Part shown: piece by piece, positions 32,554-44,504 of the stretch | Numbering within the stretch: the stretch's first letter is position 1 | Layout: the number at the start of each line of letters is the position of its first letter | Assembly: GCA_963726745.1 (NCBI GenBank) | Contig: CAVSDR010000006.1 | Coordinates: 736,001 to 800,000, forward strand | Direction: 5' to 3' | Origin: an uncultured Verrucomicrobiae bacterium | Lineage (GTDB): Bacteria > Verrucomicrobiota > Verrucomicrobiia > Chthoniobacterales > UBA10450 | DNA length: 64,000 nucleotides | Position numbers and translations under genes: made by a program | Notes under the pieces: model-generated | What the model was told of the DNA's origin: nothing | Database searches by the model: none | The model's input: only the letters and a program-made list of their open reading frames with translations

Positions 32554-33037
32554 TTAGTGCGACCACTCGTCCTGGCTGTCGGCGAGGAATTGCTGGAGCA
32601 CCGGGAAGCGGACTTCGCCATAATTTAGCGCGTAACGCAGGTCGCCGCCCTTGAAAACCCAGGTGGTCGGAATCCAGGTGACCGGGAGGTCGAGGAAGCG
32701 CTTGAGCTTGTCGTCGCCGCGGCGCGGGCCGGGATCGGCCACGATGGTGACGTTCGGTTGCTCGCCGATCTCGTATTTCTTCAGCAGGTCGCGTCCGTCT
32801 TCGCCACCGTTCCAGGCGGAGACGAAAATGAAGCGCGTCTCGGGGTTGTCCTTGACCATCTTGGTCCAGCCGCCGCTTTTCATTTCCGCGAGGCAATTCG
32901 AGCACCAGGGGGCCCAGAGATGGACCACGGTGACAGACGGCGCTTTGATCGCTTCGGCGACCTGGGTTTCGGCCGGCGAGATCGCAAAAACCGCCGAGGC
33001 CAGGAACCAAAAAGACGAGCGAGAGGACGACTTTCAT
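32554..33037 (-). CDS. TlpA-like thioredoxin-fold protein (frameshift in 5' part)
   Basis: HLWAPWCSNC motif; WIPTT cis-Pro loop. Confidence 0.8.
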
Positions 33038-33125
33038 CGGGAGAAACGTTCAACGGCCAGCGCTCAACGTCCAACGTTCAATTCGGGCGCCCGGCCCCCC
33101 GGGCAATTCGCTGGGTCCGCCCCAG

Positions 33126-33154
33126 TTGACCACCCGGGGGAACCTGCCTACTTT
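33126..33154 (+). promoter_or_regulatory. Sigma70-type promoter of rpsA
   Basis: TTGACC-N17-TACTTT about 100 nt upstream of the ATG. Confidence 0.65.
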
Positions 33155-33255
33155 CCCCTCCCCTTTTTCCACGGTGAGCGCGGCCTAAGGAACCATCGCT
33201 CCCAGCGGAAACGCGGCCCGCAGCACCTGCGGCCACGCCGGGGAAATCAACCGTT

Positions 33256-34929
33256 ATGGCACAAATGCAGGAACTGCTCGCGAAATCGTTTCGCGAATTC
33301 AAAGAGGGTAGCATCGTCAAGGGACGCGTCCTCGAAATCCGCCCCCGCGAAGTCATGGTCGACATCGGCTATAAATCCGAGGGCATCATCCCCGCGCACG
33401 AGTTCGACGATCTCGACTCGATGGAAGTGGGCGACGAAGTCGAAGTGCTCCTCGAGCGTCTCGAAAACGACGAAGGCATGGTCATCCTCTCGAAGGAGAA
33501 GGCCGCCTATCGCCAGAACTGGAACAAGATCGCCGCGGTCTTCGCGGGCGACGGCCTGATCAAGGGCAAGGTGAAGTCGGTCGTCAAAGGCGGCCTCATG
33601 GTCAACATCGGCGTCGAGGCATTCTTGCCCGCGTCGCAGATCGACATCATCCCGCCGAAGGATCTCCAGCAATTCGTCGGCAACACCTACGATTTCAAGA
33701 TCGTCAAAATCAACGACGACCGGAAGAACGTCGTCCTCTCCCGCCGCGAGCTCATCGAGCAGGAGCGGAGCGAGAAGCGCCAGAAATTCCTCGAAGGCGT
33801 CAAGGTCGGCGACATGGTCAACGGCAGCGTCAAGAACCTGACCGACTTCGGTGCCTTCATCGATCTCGACGGCATGGACGGCTTGCTCCACATCACCGAC
33901 ATGACCTGGGGTCGCCTCGGCCACCCGAGCGAATTGCTCAAGGTCGGCCAGCCGCTCGAAGTCATCGTGCTCGACATCAACAAGGAGAAGGAGCGCGTCT
34001 CGTTAGGCCTGAAGCAGACCCAGAAGAATCCCTGGGATCAAATCGAAGAGCGCTTCCCCGCCGGCCAGAAGGTCAAGGGCAAGATCACCAACCTCGTGCC
34101 TTACGGCGCGTTCGTGGAACTGGAAGAAGGCGTCGAAGGCCTCATCCACGTCTCCGAGTTGTCCTGGACGAAGCGCATCATGCGTCCTTCCGATGTCCTC
34201 ACGCAGGGCCAGGAAGTCGAAGCGGTCGTGCTTGGCGTGAACAAGGAAGAGCAGAAAATCTCGCTCGGCCTGCGTCAGCTCGAAGCCAATCCATGGGATG
34301 AGATCGAGAAGAAATTCACCATCGGCAGCCGCGTAAAGGGCCAGATCCGCAACATGACCGCCTACGGCGCGTTCGTGGAGCTGGAAGACGGCATCGACGG
34401 CATGATCCACGTCTCCGACTTGAGCTGGACCCGCAAGATCAATCACCCGTCGGAAGTCTTTAAGAAGAACGACGAGGTCGAAGCCGAAGTCATCGACATC
34501 GACAAGACCAACCAGCGGATCAGCCTCGGCATTAAGCAACTGAGCGACGATCCGTGGAAGGAAATCGATCAGAAGTACAAGATCGGCGATCTGGTGAAGG
34601 GCAAAGTGACCAAGCTCGCGAGCTTCGGCGCCTTTGTGCAATTAGCCGACGACATCGACGGCCTGGTCCACATCTCGCAGCTGAGCGAAGAGCACGTGAC
34701 CAAGGTGAAGGACATCCTCAAGGTCGGGCAGGAAGTGGAAGCCCGCGTGATCAAGGTCGACAAAGTCGAGCGCCGCATCGGTCTCTCGATCAAGGCCGCG
34801 AACTACAGCGAGGAAGACCTCAAGCGCGAATCCGAAGCGTTCGACAATCTCCGCCCCGGCGAAGACATGGTCGGCCTGGAGAAAGCGTTCGAAGCCGCCG
34901 AGGAGGACTACCGTCCCGGGCAGAAGTAA
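33256..34929 (+). CDS. rpsA: 30S ribosomal protein S1
   Basis: Six S1 repeats (DIGYKSEG, FGAFIDL...DGLLHITD). Confidence 0.98.
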   Translation: MAQMQELLAKSFREFKEGSIVKGRVLEIRPREVMVDIGYKSEGIIPAHEFDDLDSMEVGDEVEVLLERLENDEGMVILSKEKAAYRQNWNKIAAVFAGDGLIKGKVKSVVKGGLMVNIGVEAFLPASQIDIIPPKDLQQFVGNTYDFKIVKINDDRKNVVLSRRELIEQERSEKRQKFLEGVKVGDMVNGSVKNLTDFGAFIDLDGMDGLLHITDMTWGRLGHPSELLKVGQPLEVIVLDINKEKERVSLGLKQTQKNPWDQIEERFPAGQKVKGKITNLVPYGAFVELEEGVEGLIHVSELSWTKRIMRPSDVLTQGQEVEAVVLGVNKEEQKISLGLRQLEANPWDEIEKKFTIGSRVKGQIRNMTAYGAFVELEDGIDGMIHVSDLSWTRKINHPSEVFKKNDEVEAEVIDIDKTNQRISLGIKQLSDDPWKEIDQKYKIGDLVKGKVTKLASFGAFVQLADDIDGLVHISQLSEEHVTKVKDILKVGQEVEARVIKVDKVERRIGLSIKAANYSEEDLKRESEAFDNLRPGEDMVGLEKAFEAAEEDYRPGQK

Positions 34930-34961
34930 GCCGCACCGCAGATCGCTGCGAGAAATTCAAT

Positions 34962-34998
34962 CGGGGAGGCAACGCGTGTTGCCTCCCCGGTTTTGTTT
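34962..34998 (+). terminator. Rho-independent terminator of rpsA
   Basis: GGGGAGGCAAC-GCGT-GTTGCCTCCCC followed by TTTTGTTT. Confidence 0.85.
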
Positions 34999-35297
34999 CG
35001 GGACGAGAACGCGCGCGGGCGTCCCGCAATTAATCACCGCCACCCCGCGATCAAGGCACTCGGCAACGCGGGCTCCTTTAATCTCGATTTGCCGCCGACA
35101 CGCTGCTGAAGCGCATCCGCTCGGCCGGCGGCATGAATTTCTGCTCCGACGGGAACGCCAAGGGCACCATCGATGGTGGTGACGCGTTGTTGTGCGCTGC
35201 CAAGAAAAGGCGGCCTTAGGGCGATTGGAACGTGTAGGTAAGTTGCGCTATGGTCGTCACTTCGGCACGGCTTTTGCGCATTTTTTCAATCTCATCC

Positions 35298-37519
35298 ATG
35301 CGCTTTTGCCTCGTTGTTCTATCTCATTGTCTCCGTTAGCCTGCGGCCTGCGCGTGCCGATACCGCGATCACGTTTACCCGCGCCGAGGTCACGACCATG
35401 GCCGGTCTGTGGGAAACCGATTCGATCGCGCTCACGCCGCTCGCGAACTCGCAATACCCCGCCTATTCGAGCAACTGGCAGTTCATCTTTCCGCATACCA
35501 GCGTCTCCGGCGACGGCGATATTCACAGCGACATGGCCGTCGACAGCAGCGGCACCGGGAAAGCTGGGAACAACAGCGGCGCCTCGCCCATCGTCACCGA
35601 GGTGATCAACGCCACCTCCGCGCAACTCACGGCGCTCAATACCCGCAGCGGCCGCCAGCAAATCTTCCGCGGCATCTTTCGCTTCTATACCGAGCACGCG
35701 TCGGAGCGGCACTTCGAGCTCCATCCGGTGACGGAGTTGCTGGCCTACAACGGCTCCAGCTTCGTGCCCGACCTCGATTACCACTCGAATATCTACGCCG
35801 ACCCGAACGGCACGACGCACTCCGACAGCACCTTGCTCGGCCTCTTTAATGGGGCCCAAAAAGTCACCGCCACGATCGGGAGCGATAACAACCAGGTCGC
35901 TTTCACCTTCGCCAGCCCAAGCGTCAACTACGCGCAGTTCAACGGGGTCGCTTTGAGCGCGGTGCAGAACGATGGCGTAAGCCAGTATTTCCTTTTCCAA
36001 CCCTCGATCTCGCCCACGACCACGGTGCGCTGCCGGCTGGTGGCGAACACCGCCGCCGCGACGGCCGCCGCCGGCTTAAGCGCGAACCAGTCGCTCACGG
36101 TCAATGTGCTGACTCGCACCGACATGGGCGCCGTCGCTTCGCAGATTTCTCCGCTGACCGCCGGGCAAAGCAAAACCTTCCCCCGCCCGATCGAGTTGAT
36201 CGTGCTCGGGGTGCTCAACGTCGGCCCCGGCGGAACCCCAACGCCTACGCCTTCGCCCACGGCGTCGCCCACGGCCACCCCTTCGCCGTCACCGACGGCC
36301 ACGCCCACACCGACGCCCGGCGCGGGTCAGGTCTTCACCAGTGCGAGCTCGATCGGCTTGAGCGGAAGCAACGGCGGCCGCAGCCTCCCTTACCCCGCGG
36401 CGATCAACGTCAGTGCCGTCGTTGGGAAAATCACCAAGGTGAGCGCGCGGCTAAACAACGCCAGCCAGCCGAGCAGCAGTTGGGCGCTCGATCTTCGGAT
36501 CGTCCTCGTAGGGCCGACCGGTCAAAGCGTAGCCTTGATGTCGAACGCCGGCGGCTCCTACTCGCTTGGCGGGGTGACCGTCACCTTTGACGATGCCGCC
36601 GCGAGCGCGCTCCCGAAAACCAGCGCGATCGCCACCGGCAGCTATCGACCGGCGAACTACACCAGCGGCAGTCTCAACATGCCGTCGCCTGCGCCCAGCG
36701 CCACGCCCGGGAGCACCTTGGCGCTATTCAATGGCAGCAATCCCAAACGGCACCTGGAATCTTTACATCTACGACAGCTACAGCTCCGGCAGCGGCTCGG
36801 TCGCGGGCGGCTGGAGCCTCACCTTCGAGACGCAAGCGGTCGCGCCAGACGTGCTCTCGAAAGCCGCGACCACGGTCCGCAGCAGCAGCGCGATCTTGAA
36901 TGGAACGGTCAATCCCTTCGGACAGCCGACAACCTGGCGTTTCCAGTTTGGCCCGGACGCCAATTACGGGAACGATCAGCCATGGCAAAATGCCGGCAGC
37001 GGCACCGCGGCGGCCAATGTCAGCGTGCCGCTGACCGGATTGCTACCGGCGACGACCTATCACTTCCGCCTGGCGGCGACGAATGCCACCGGCACGACTA
37101 ATGGCGCCGATCTCAGCTTTACCACCCCCGCCGCGGTCGACTCCGATGGCGATGGCATGCCGAACGATTACGAGACCGATAACGGCTTCGATCCCGCCAA
37201 TGCGGCCGACGCCGCGCTCGATGCGGATGGCGATGGGATGACCAATCTCCAGGAATACCTTGCCGGGACAAACCCGCGCGTGGCCGCCAGCGTGCTTCGC
37301 CCCACGTCGGTCCTGCGCGATGGCGAGGATTTTGCCATCACCTTCCCCTCGGTCCTTGGGAAAATGTATCGCGTGGAAGCCGCGGAGAGCACCGCCGGGC
37401 CTTGGATGACGTTGCAGGACCATCTTCCCGGCACCGGCGATCCGCTGCTCGTGAGCGACACCGAAGCGTTCGATCTGCACCCGCGCCGCGTTTATCGCAT
37501 CAGCGTGGTGCAACCCTGA
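35298..37519 (+). CDS. Large secreted multidomain protein (unknown N-domain, Pro/Thr linker, P-domain-like, FN3-like, Ca-binding DSDGDG repeats); frameshift ~36745
   Basis: PTPTPSPT linker; DLRIVLVGPTG...NGTWNLYIYD; LTGLLPATTYHFR; DSDGDGMPNDYE / DADGDGMTNLQEYLAGTNP. Confidence 0.8.
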
Positions 37520-37529
37520 CGAGCACGCG

Positions 37530-38114
37530 CTAAAGCGGCAGCTGCAGCTTCAGCTCGCGGTTCTCGGCGAGGGCCGTTTCCAGTTCCTCGACGCGTGCGT
37601 TCAGGCTTTCCTGGAGCGCGAGAATGCGCGCACCCACGCTTAAACGAGCGCGCAATTCCTCCTTATCGAAGGGCTTGGTCAGGTAATCATCCGCGCCGGC
37701 ACGCAGGCCTTCGACCAGCCGTTCTTTCCCGGCGCGCGCCGTGAGCAGGAGGATGTAAACCGACTTGCTGATCTCGCGCAGGCGCCGGCAAATCTCCGGG
37801 CCTTCCATTCCCGGCATCATCCAATCGAGGATCGCGAGCACCGGCTCGTTTTGCGCGCGCAGCGCTTCCATCGCTTCGCGCCCATCCGCCGCCACGATCA
37901 CCTGGTAACCCCACTTCCCCAAAGTGCTGGCTAAAATTTCCCGGGAGACGGCGTCGTCTTCCGCGACCACGACTTTGCGCAGCGCGGCCAGGCCAGCATC
38001 GGTCTTTTCGCCGAGGCGCGTCTCAGGCAGCGGCGGCGGCAAGACCGCTGCGGGCGGCGGGGCCAGCTCCGGCCCGGCAATGTTCCAGCTCGGTGAGAAT
38101 GGGATCGATTTCAT
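37530..38114 (-). CDS. Response regulator (receiver domain plus coiled tail)
   Basis: [25 protein letters not shown]. Confidence 0.9.
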   Translation of the reverse strand: MKSIPFSPSWNIAGPELAPPPAAVLPPPLPETRLGEKTDAGLAALRKVVVAEDDAVSREILASTLGKWGYQVIVAADGREAMEALRAQNEPVLAILDWMMPGMEGPEICRRLREISKSVYILLLTARAGKERLVEGLRAGADDYLTKPFDKEELRARLSVGARILALQESLNARVEELETALAENRELKLQLPL

Positions 38115-40401
38115 ATTTTAGTTCTGCGATGCGCTCGTCCAACCCGGCGAGCTGTTGAGTCCCGGCAAATTCCTCAATCTCGGCCGCGACCTGTGCCGCC
38201 TGCGTGGCGCCGATGTTGCCTAACGAGCCGCGCAGCGTGTGCGCCCGGCGTGCGATCGCCGGCGCATCGCCGGCCGCGTGTTCCTGCTCCAGCTGCGCGA
38301 GCAATCCCGGCGTGCCCTCGAGGAATAACTCCGCGACCCGTGCGAGCAATTCCTCGTCGCCGTCGAATTGCGCGAGCAGCTGCGCGGTCGAGAACGCACT
38401 CCGCGCGGCCGGCTGACCAGCCACCGGCACGCTCGTGGCCAGGCCGCACAGGCGATCGACCGCGGCGCGAACTTTCTCCAGGGAAACAGGCTTCGAGATG
38501 TAATCGTCCATCCCCGCGGCCAGGCAGCGCTCGCGATCGTCGGCGCCGGCGCGCGCGGTCATGGCAATGATCGGGGTGTGGCGGCCGAGGCGGGTTTCGT
38601 TTTGGCGAATGCGAGCCGTCGCCTGGAGGCCATCGAGTTCCGGCATTTGCACGTCCATCAGGATGGCGTCGTAACGCTGCCGCCGCGCGAGCTCGACCGC
38701 TTCGCGGCCGTTCGTTGCCTGGGCGACTTCGTGCCCGTCCTTCGCGAGAATGCCGGAAGCGACCGCGCGATTGACGGCATTATCATCCACCACCAGGACC
38801 TGGAGCGTGATCATCGGCCGCGTCACGGATACGGCGCTCGACGGGGTCTCGCGTCGCGCAGGCGCGGTCTCGGCCGTGGCCAGGCCGACGGTGAAATGGA
38901 AAGTGCTTCCGGCATTGGGCGCGCTTTCGAGCGCGAGGCTGCCTTTCATCAAGGCCACCAGCTGCATGGAAATCGACAGCCCCAGGCCGGTGCCGCCGTA
39001 TTCCCGCGTGGTCGAGGAATCCGCCTGCGCGAACGCCTCAAAAATCAGCGCCTGCTTCTCGAGCGGAATGCCGATGCCGGTGTCGCGCACGGAGAAGCGC
39101 AACCCCACCTCGGCGCCGGCCACTTCCGCGGTCTGCACTCGCACTTCGATCCGGCCGGCCGGGGTAAACTTGATCGCGTTTTCGATCAAGTTCATCAGCA
39201 CCTGCCGCAGGCGCATGGCGTCGCCGGTGACGTACTCCGGCACCGCCGGGTCGACGGTGCACTCGAGCGTGAGGCCCTTGGTGCGCGCGCGCGTGGCCAG
39301 CGGACGGACGGTTCGCTCGAGCACCTCGTGGAGCGAGAAAGGTCGCGCTTCCAGGAGTACGCGGCCGGCCTCGATCTTGGCGAAATCAAGCAGCTGATTG
39401 ATCAACTCCAGGAGCCCGTCGGCCGAGTGCTTCACCATGTCGAGGTAATCGCGCTGCGTGCTCGAAAGCTCGGTTTCAAGCGCGAGCGCGGTCACGCCGA
39501 TGATGCCATTCAGAGGCGTGCGCACTTCGTGGCTGATGTTCGCGAGGAAGTCGCTCTTGGCTTGGTTTGCGGCCTCGGCGTGTTCCTTCGCGCGAACGAG
39601 TTGCTCGCGCCGTTCGGCCAGGAGAACGCTCGCTTCCGCGCAGGCCAGGCCCAGTTTTCCAATCTCGTCGTTGCCCTTGATCGAGATCCGCAGCGGCCGC
39701 TCGTCCTTCAAGGCCTCGGCTGCTTCTGCGATCATCTCCAGCCGGCGCACGACGCTGCGAGAAAAGAGTGTGACCGCGCCGATCCCGATGCCGACGCCGG
39801 CAAACAAAATGAGCGACAGCGCCAACGCGGTGTTCCGGGCGACGGCGGCAGCGCGCTGCTGGCGCACGCCGAGCAAGCGGTCTTCCTCGGCCAGGAATTC
39901 CTGCACGGTCTCGCGCACGGTTTGCATCACCTGGTTTCCCTCCTTTAGCTTGGAGCGCAATTCCTGCGGCGAACGTCCGGCGCCAAACTCGCGCAAGACC
40001 AGGTCGATGAGATCAAGCCGACGCTGGACCATCGGGCGAATGAGGTCGCGAAGATGGTCGGTTTGCAAAGGGTTATCCGAGACCAGGTCGGCGAGATCGG
40101 CGATCGCATGCGGCAATTGCCCCGCCGCCCGGTCTTGCGGCGCGAGGAAGCTCGGGTCGCTCGTGAGCAGATAGCCGCGCATTCCGGTCTCGCTGTCGAC
40201 CAGCAAAGTCAGGAGCAATTGCGCCTGCTGTTTAACCTGGAAGGTGTGGCTGACCCAGCGACCGGCCTCGGCATTCTTGTGCTGCGCGCCGAAGAAAAGG
40301 GCCGTCACCAAAAGCATCGCCACGATCGGTCCGGCGAGGACGATCAGGCTTTTGACCCGGATGGAGAGGTTACGCCAGCTGGCGTGGACGAGAGCGAACA
40401 T
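38023..40401 (-). CDS. Hybrid sensor kinase CHASE3-HisKA-HATPase-REC-Hpt
   Basis: [53 protein letters not shown]. Confidence 0.93.
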   Translation of the reverse strand: MFALVHASWRNLSIRVKSLIVLAGPIVAMLLVTALFFGAQHKNAEAGRWVSHTFQVKQQAQLLLTLLVDSETGMRGYLLTSDPSFLAPQDRAAGQLPHAIADLADLVSDNPLQTDHLRDLIRPMVQRRLDLIDLVLREFGAGRSPQELRSKLKEGNQVMQTVRETVQEFLAEEDRLLGVRQQRAAAVARNTALALSLILFAGVGIGIGAVTLFSRSVVRRLEMIAEAAEALKDERPLRISIKGNDEIGKLGLACAEASVLLAERREQLVRAKEHAEAANQAKSDFLANISHEVRTPLNGIIGVTALALETELSSTQRDYLDMVKHSADGLLELINQLLDFAKIEAGRVLLEARPFSLHEVLERTVRPLATRARTKGLTLECTVDPAVPEYVTGDAMRLRQVLMNLIENAIKFTPAGRIEVRVQTAEVAGAEVGLRFSVRDTGIGIPLEKQALIFEAFAQADSSTTREYGGTGLGLSISMQLVALMKGSLALESAPNAGSTFHFTVGLATAETAPARRETPSSAVSVTRPMITLQVLVVDDNAVNRAVASGILAKDGHEVAQATNGREAVELARRQRYDAILMDVQMPELDGLQATARIRQNETRLGRHTPIIAMTARAGADDRERCLAAGMDDYISKPVSLEKVRAAVDRLCGLATSVPVAGQPAARSAFSTAQLLAQFDGDEELLARVAELFLEGTPGLLAQLEQEHAAGDAPAIARRAHTLRGSLGNIGATQAAQVAAEIEEFAGTQQLAGLDERIAELKYEIDPILTELEHCRAGAGPAARSGLAAAAA

Positions 40402-40461
40402 GCACTTTTGCGGAAGCTGCTCCGTCCTAAGCAGCTTGCGTGCACAGCCTGAGAGCGCTGG

Positions 40462-41850
40462 CTAAAATTCCGCGCTGCCGGGGGTGCGGGCGAAGGGGAT
40501 CACGTCGCGAATGTTCCCCACCCCGGTGACAAACATGAGCATGCGCTCAAACCCGAGCCCAAAGCCGGCGTGCGGCACGGTCCCGTAGCGGCGCAGGTCG
40601 AGATACCATTTGTAATCCGCCGGATCGAGCTGGTGCCGGCGCATGTTCGCTTCCAGGATCTCGAGCCGCTCCTCGCGCTGGCTGCCGCCCACGATCTCGC
40701 CGATGCCGGGCACGAGCACGTCCATCGCGGTCACCGTGGCGTCGTCGTCGTTCAAGCGCATGTAGAACGGCTTAATTTCCTTCGGATAATTGAAGACCGT
40801 CACCGGACACTTGAAGTGCTTCTCGGTGAGCCAGCGCTCGTGCTCCGACTGGAGATTGGCGCCGTAGGCGACGGGGAATTCGAACTTCTCGCCGCTGTCA
40901 GTCAGCAACTTCACCGCCTCGGTGTAGCTGATCCGCTGGAACGGCCGGTCGAGGACGAAGTCGAGCCGCGCGAGCAGTTCCTTGTCGACGAATTTGCCGA
41001 AAAGCTCGAGCTCGTCCGGGCAATGCGCGCGGATGTCGCGGATGAGGTATTTCACCAGCTCCTCGGCCACGTCCATGTTGCCGCCTAAATCGCAGAAGGC
41101 CATCTCCGGCTCGATCATCCAGAACTCGTTCGCATGGCGCGAGGTGTTCGAGTTCTCCGCGCGGAAGGTGGGGCCGAAGGTGTAGACGTTCTTCAAAGCG
41201 CAGGCAAAAGCCTCGGCCTCGAGCTGGCCGCTGACGGTGAGGTAGGTCGAGCGGGCAAAGAAATCCTGCGCGTAATCGATCTCGCCGTTTTCCTTCTTCG
41301 GCGGGTTCTTGGCGTCGATCGTGGTGATGCGGAAAAGTTCGCCGGCGCCCTCGCAATCGCTCCCGGTAATGATCGGCGTGTGGATGTAAACGAAGCCGCG
41401 CTCCTGGAAGAAAGAGTGGATCGCGTAAGCCAGCCGGCTGCGCACGCGGAAGACCGAGCCGAAGAGATTCGAGCGCGGGCGCAGATGCGAAATCTCACGT
41501 AGAAACTCGGGCGTGTGCCCTTTCTTCTGCAGCGGATACGTGTCGTCGGAGGGCCCGACGATCGTGATCTCCTCGGCGATCACCTCCCAGGCCTGGCCTT
41601 TCCCCTGCGACGCGACGAGCTGTCCACGCACAGAAATCGAGGCGCCGGTGATGAGGTGCTGGACCTCGGCGTAATTAGACAGCGAATCGCGCGCGATGAT
41701 CTGCAGGTTCTTGAGCGAAGAGCCGTCGTTGAGCTCGATGAAGGAAAAGCCCTTCGAGTCGCGCCGGGTGCGCACCCAGCCCTGGATCAGGATCGCATCA
41801 GCCGGTTCCGCGCTTTGCAGCGCCGCCTTTACTCGCGTCGGAGAAATCAT
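40462..41850 (-). CDS. asnS: Asparagine--tRNA ligase
   Basis: GWVRTRR, DCEGAGE, LTVSGQL, FRAENSNTSRH, GGSQREER. Confidence 0.96.
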   Translation of the reverse strand: MISPTRVKAALQSAEPADAILIQGWVRTRRDSKGFSFIELNDGSSLKNLQIIARDSLSNYAEVQHLITGASISVRGQLVASQGKGQAWEVIAEEITIVGPSDDTYPLQKKGHTPEFLREISHLRPRSNLFGSVFRVRSRLAYAIHSFFQERGFVYIHTPIITGSDCEGAGELFRITTIDAKNPPKKENGEIDYAQDFFARSTYLTVSGQLEAEAFACALKNVYTFGPTFRAENSNTSRHANEFWMIEPEMAFCDLGGNMDVAEELVKYLIRDIRAHCPDELELFGKFVDKELLARLDFVLDRPFQRISYTEAVKLLTDSGEKFEFPVAYGANLQSEHERWLTEKHFKCPVTVFNYPKEIKPFYMRLNDDDATVTAMDVLVPGIGEIVGGSQREERLEILEANMRRHQLDPADYKWYLDLRRYGTVPHAGFGLGFERMLMFVTGVGNIRDVIPFARTPGSAEF

Positions 41851-41905
41851 CGGAGCGCACTTTCGCGGCAGCGCGGCATCCGACAAGTGAAACGACAACC
41901 AGCGC

Positions 41906-43882
41906 TCAGCGGCCGCCCACCGGCGGAAGCTGGTTTTCGGCGAACGAGAGGTAGGTGTAATCGGTCAGGCCGCGCTCATAATCAGCCAGCAACTTCATCG
42001 CCTCGTTCGGCTTTAGGCGGTCGCTTTTGATCGCGCGATCGACCTGCAGCTTCACCAGGCGCATCAATTCCACCTTGTCCCACTGGGTCAGCGCCAGCAC
42101 CTGGCCGATGGTGCTGCCCTCGATCACTTCCTCGATATACCAGCCGCTCTCCTCATCCGGATCGAGGAAGACGTGCACCTCGGTCACGCGCCCGAAGAGA
42201 TTGTGCAGGTCGCCCATGATGTCCTGGTAGGCGCCGACCATGAAGACGCCGAGATAGTAGGACTCGTTCGGGACCAACCGATGGAGCGGCAGCGTCTCGC
42301 GGACATCCTGCAGGTCGATGAACTTGGAAATTTTGCCGTCGGAATCGCAGGTGATGTCGACCATCGTGCCGTTGCGATCCGGCTGCTCGTTCAGCCGATG
42401 GATCGGCATGATCGGGAACAGTTGCCCGAGCGCCCAGTGGTCCAGGAGCGACTGGAAAACGGAGAAGTTGCAGATGTATTGGTCGCCGAGCGAGGTCTCG
42501 AGCTCCTTCACTTCCTCGGGGACGTAACGCAGGCCACGATGGAGCGCGACGATGCTTTCCGCGAGCTGCCAGTAGACGCTTTCGATCTTCGCCTTGCTGA
42601 CTAAATCCAGCATCCCGAGGGCAAACATCTGCTGCGCCTCTTCCTTGATCTGCTGCGCGTCGTGCAGGCTTTCGCGGCGGTTGTTCCGCTTCAGCTTCTG
42701 CTGCACGTCGAGCATGTCGCGCACGAGTTTGTGATCGCTCTCGGCGTTTTCCACCCGGGCGTTGAGCGCGTTTTTCTCGATCGAGCCGAAGGCCTCGACC
42801 ACGAGCACGGAATGATGGGCCACGATCGCGCGGCCGCCTTCGCTCACGATCGCCGGATGCGCCACGCCCTCGGAATCGCAGACGTCGCCGATGTTCCAGA
42901 CGACGTCATTGGCGTATTCCTGCAGCGAGTAATTCGTGGAGCTGTCGAAGCTGGTGCGCGAGCCGTCGTAATCAACCCCGAGCCCGCCGCCGACATCGAG
43001 GTAGCCGAGCTCATGTCCGAGCTTCGAGAGCTTCGCGTAATAGCGCGCCGCTTCGCGGACCGCGCGTTTAATCGTCGAGATGTCCGGCACCTGCGAGCCG
43101 ACGTGGAAATGCACCAGCTTGAGGCAATGCGCCATGCCCTCGGCCTTCAGGAGGTCGCTCGCGGCCACGAGATTGGTGGTATCGAGGCCGAACTTCGCGT
43201 CTTCGCCGCCGCTGGTGGTCCACTTGCCCGAGCCTTTGCTGTGCAAACGCACGCGCACGCCGATGTGCGGCTCGACCCCGATCTCCTTCGCGATCCGGAT
43301 GGTCTGCTGCAGCTCCTCGATCTTCTCGACCACGATGATGACCGACTTGCCGAGCTTTCTCCCTAAAAGAGCCGACCGGATGTAAGCGCCATCCTTGTAG
43401 CCGTTGCAGACGATCAGGCTTTCCGGGTCCTGGTGCATCGCGAGCGCCGCGATCAGCTCCGGCTTGCTCCCGGCCTCGAGGCCAAAATGGTATTGCTGCC
43501 CGGCGTCGACGATCTCCTCGATCACTTCGCGGAGCTGGTTGACCTTGATCGGGAAAACGCCGCGGTAGTGATTGCGGTAGTTGAACTCGCCGATCGCGCG
43601 GCTGAAGGCGCGGTTGACCGAATCGACCCGGTGCCGCAGCAAATCCTGGAAACGGATCACCAGCGGGAAACCGAGCCCGCGGGCGCGCGCTTCTCGCACC
43701 ACTTCCATTACGTCAATGTTGCCGCCATTTTCCAGCAACGGCCGGGCCTCGGCGTTGCCGGCGGCGTTGACCGTGAAGTAGCCCGAGCCCCACCCGTCGA
43801 CATTGTAGGTGTTGATCGCCGCCTCGATGTCCCAATCAGGCTTCGGTTTCTCGGTTACAGCAGGCAAGGCAACGCGCATCAT
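41906..43882 (-). CDS. speA: Biosynthetic arginine decarboxylase
   Basis: FPIKVNQ, EAGSKPEL, HFHVGSQ, DVGGGLGVDYDG, DITCDSDG. Confidence 0.96.
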   Translation of the reverse strand: MMRVALPAVTEKPKPDWDIEAAINTYNVDGWGSGYFTVNAAGNAEARPLLENGGNIDVMEVVREARARGLGFPLVIRFQDLLRHRVDSVNRAFSRAIGEFNYRNHYRGVFPIKVNQLREVIEEIVDAGQQYHFGLEAGSKPELIAALAMHQDPESLIVCNGYKDGAYIRSALLGRKLGKSVIIVVEKIEELQQTIRIAKEIGVEPHIGVRVRLHSKGSGKWTTSGGEDAKFGLDTTNLVAASDLLKAEGMAHCLKLVHFHVGSQVPDISTIKRAVREAARYYAKLSKLGHELGYLDVGGGLGVDYDGSRTSFDSSTNYSLQEYANDVVWNIGDVCDSEGVAHPAIVSEGGRAIVAHHSVLVVEAFGSIEKNALNARVENAESDHKLVRDMLDVQQKLKRNNRRESLHDAQQIKEEAQQMFALGMLDLVSKAKIESVYWQLAESIVALHRGLRYVPEEVKELETSLGDQYICNFSVFQSLLDHWALGQLFPIMPIHRLNEQPDRNGTMVDITCDSDGKISKFIDLQDVRETLPLHRLVPNESYYLGVFMVGAYQDIMGDLHNLFGRVTEVHVFLDPDEESGWYIEEVIEGSTIGQVLALTQWDKVELMRLVKLQVDRAIKSDRLKPNEAMKLLADYERGLTDYTYLSFAENQLPPVGGR

Positions 43883-43991
43883 TGGTCACCTACGCGCAGA
43901 TGCAAGCGGCAGGCGCGATTTATTCCGCCCGGCCTCGCGCGGGCCGCTGCGCCCCTTGTCATCGCGCGGCTCTCCGGATAGGTTTCGCCCG

Positions 43992-44483
43992 GTGAATAAA
44001 ACAGTCATCGAGGTGCAGGTGAGGGCGGTTTTGCCGACCAGCGGCGGGTGCGCAGTCTTCCTCGGGAACAACGACAAAGTCTTCATCATCTACGTCGACC
44101 AAACGGTCGGGAGCGCGATCACCATGTTCATGCGCGACATCAGCAAGGAGCGCCCGCTGACGCATGATTTGATGAGCCACCTGATGACCGCGCTCGGGGC
44201 GCATGTCGAGCGGATCATCATCAACGACCTGAAAAACGCGACCTACTACGCGCGCATGATCATTCGCGCGGAGAACGAGCTGCAGCAGAAAAAAATCGTC
44301 GAACTGGACGCGCGCCCGAGCGATTGCATCGCCATGGCAGTGCAGCAAAAATCGCCGATCTATGTCAGCCAGGAAGTCTGGGACGAAGTCGACGACATGA
44401 GCGACGTCCTCCGGAAAATGGAGGAGGAAGGGATCAAGCCGGAGACCGAGCCGGACGCGGGCGAAGAGGAAGACGAGGATTAG
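43992..44483 (+). CDS. Bifunctional nuclease family (DUF151)
   Basis: ERPLTHDL, DARPSDCIA. Confidence 0.9.
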   Translation: MNKTVIEVQVRAVLPTSGGCAVFLGNNDKVFIIYVDQTVGSAITMFMRDISKERPLTHDLMSHLMTALGAHVERIIINDLKNATYYARMIIRAENELQQKKIVELDARPSDCIAMAVQQKSPIYVSQEVWDEVDDMSDVLRKMEEEGIKPETEPDAGEEEDED

Positions 44484-44504
44484 CCGGCGACTTCGCCAGC
44501 GGCG

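Noticed and set aside
26434..41850. Co-occurrence of asnS and gatB as a redundancy
   Set aside because: Common in bacteria; GatCAB also serves Gln-tRNA formation or Asn synthesis
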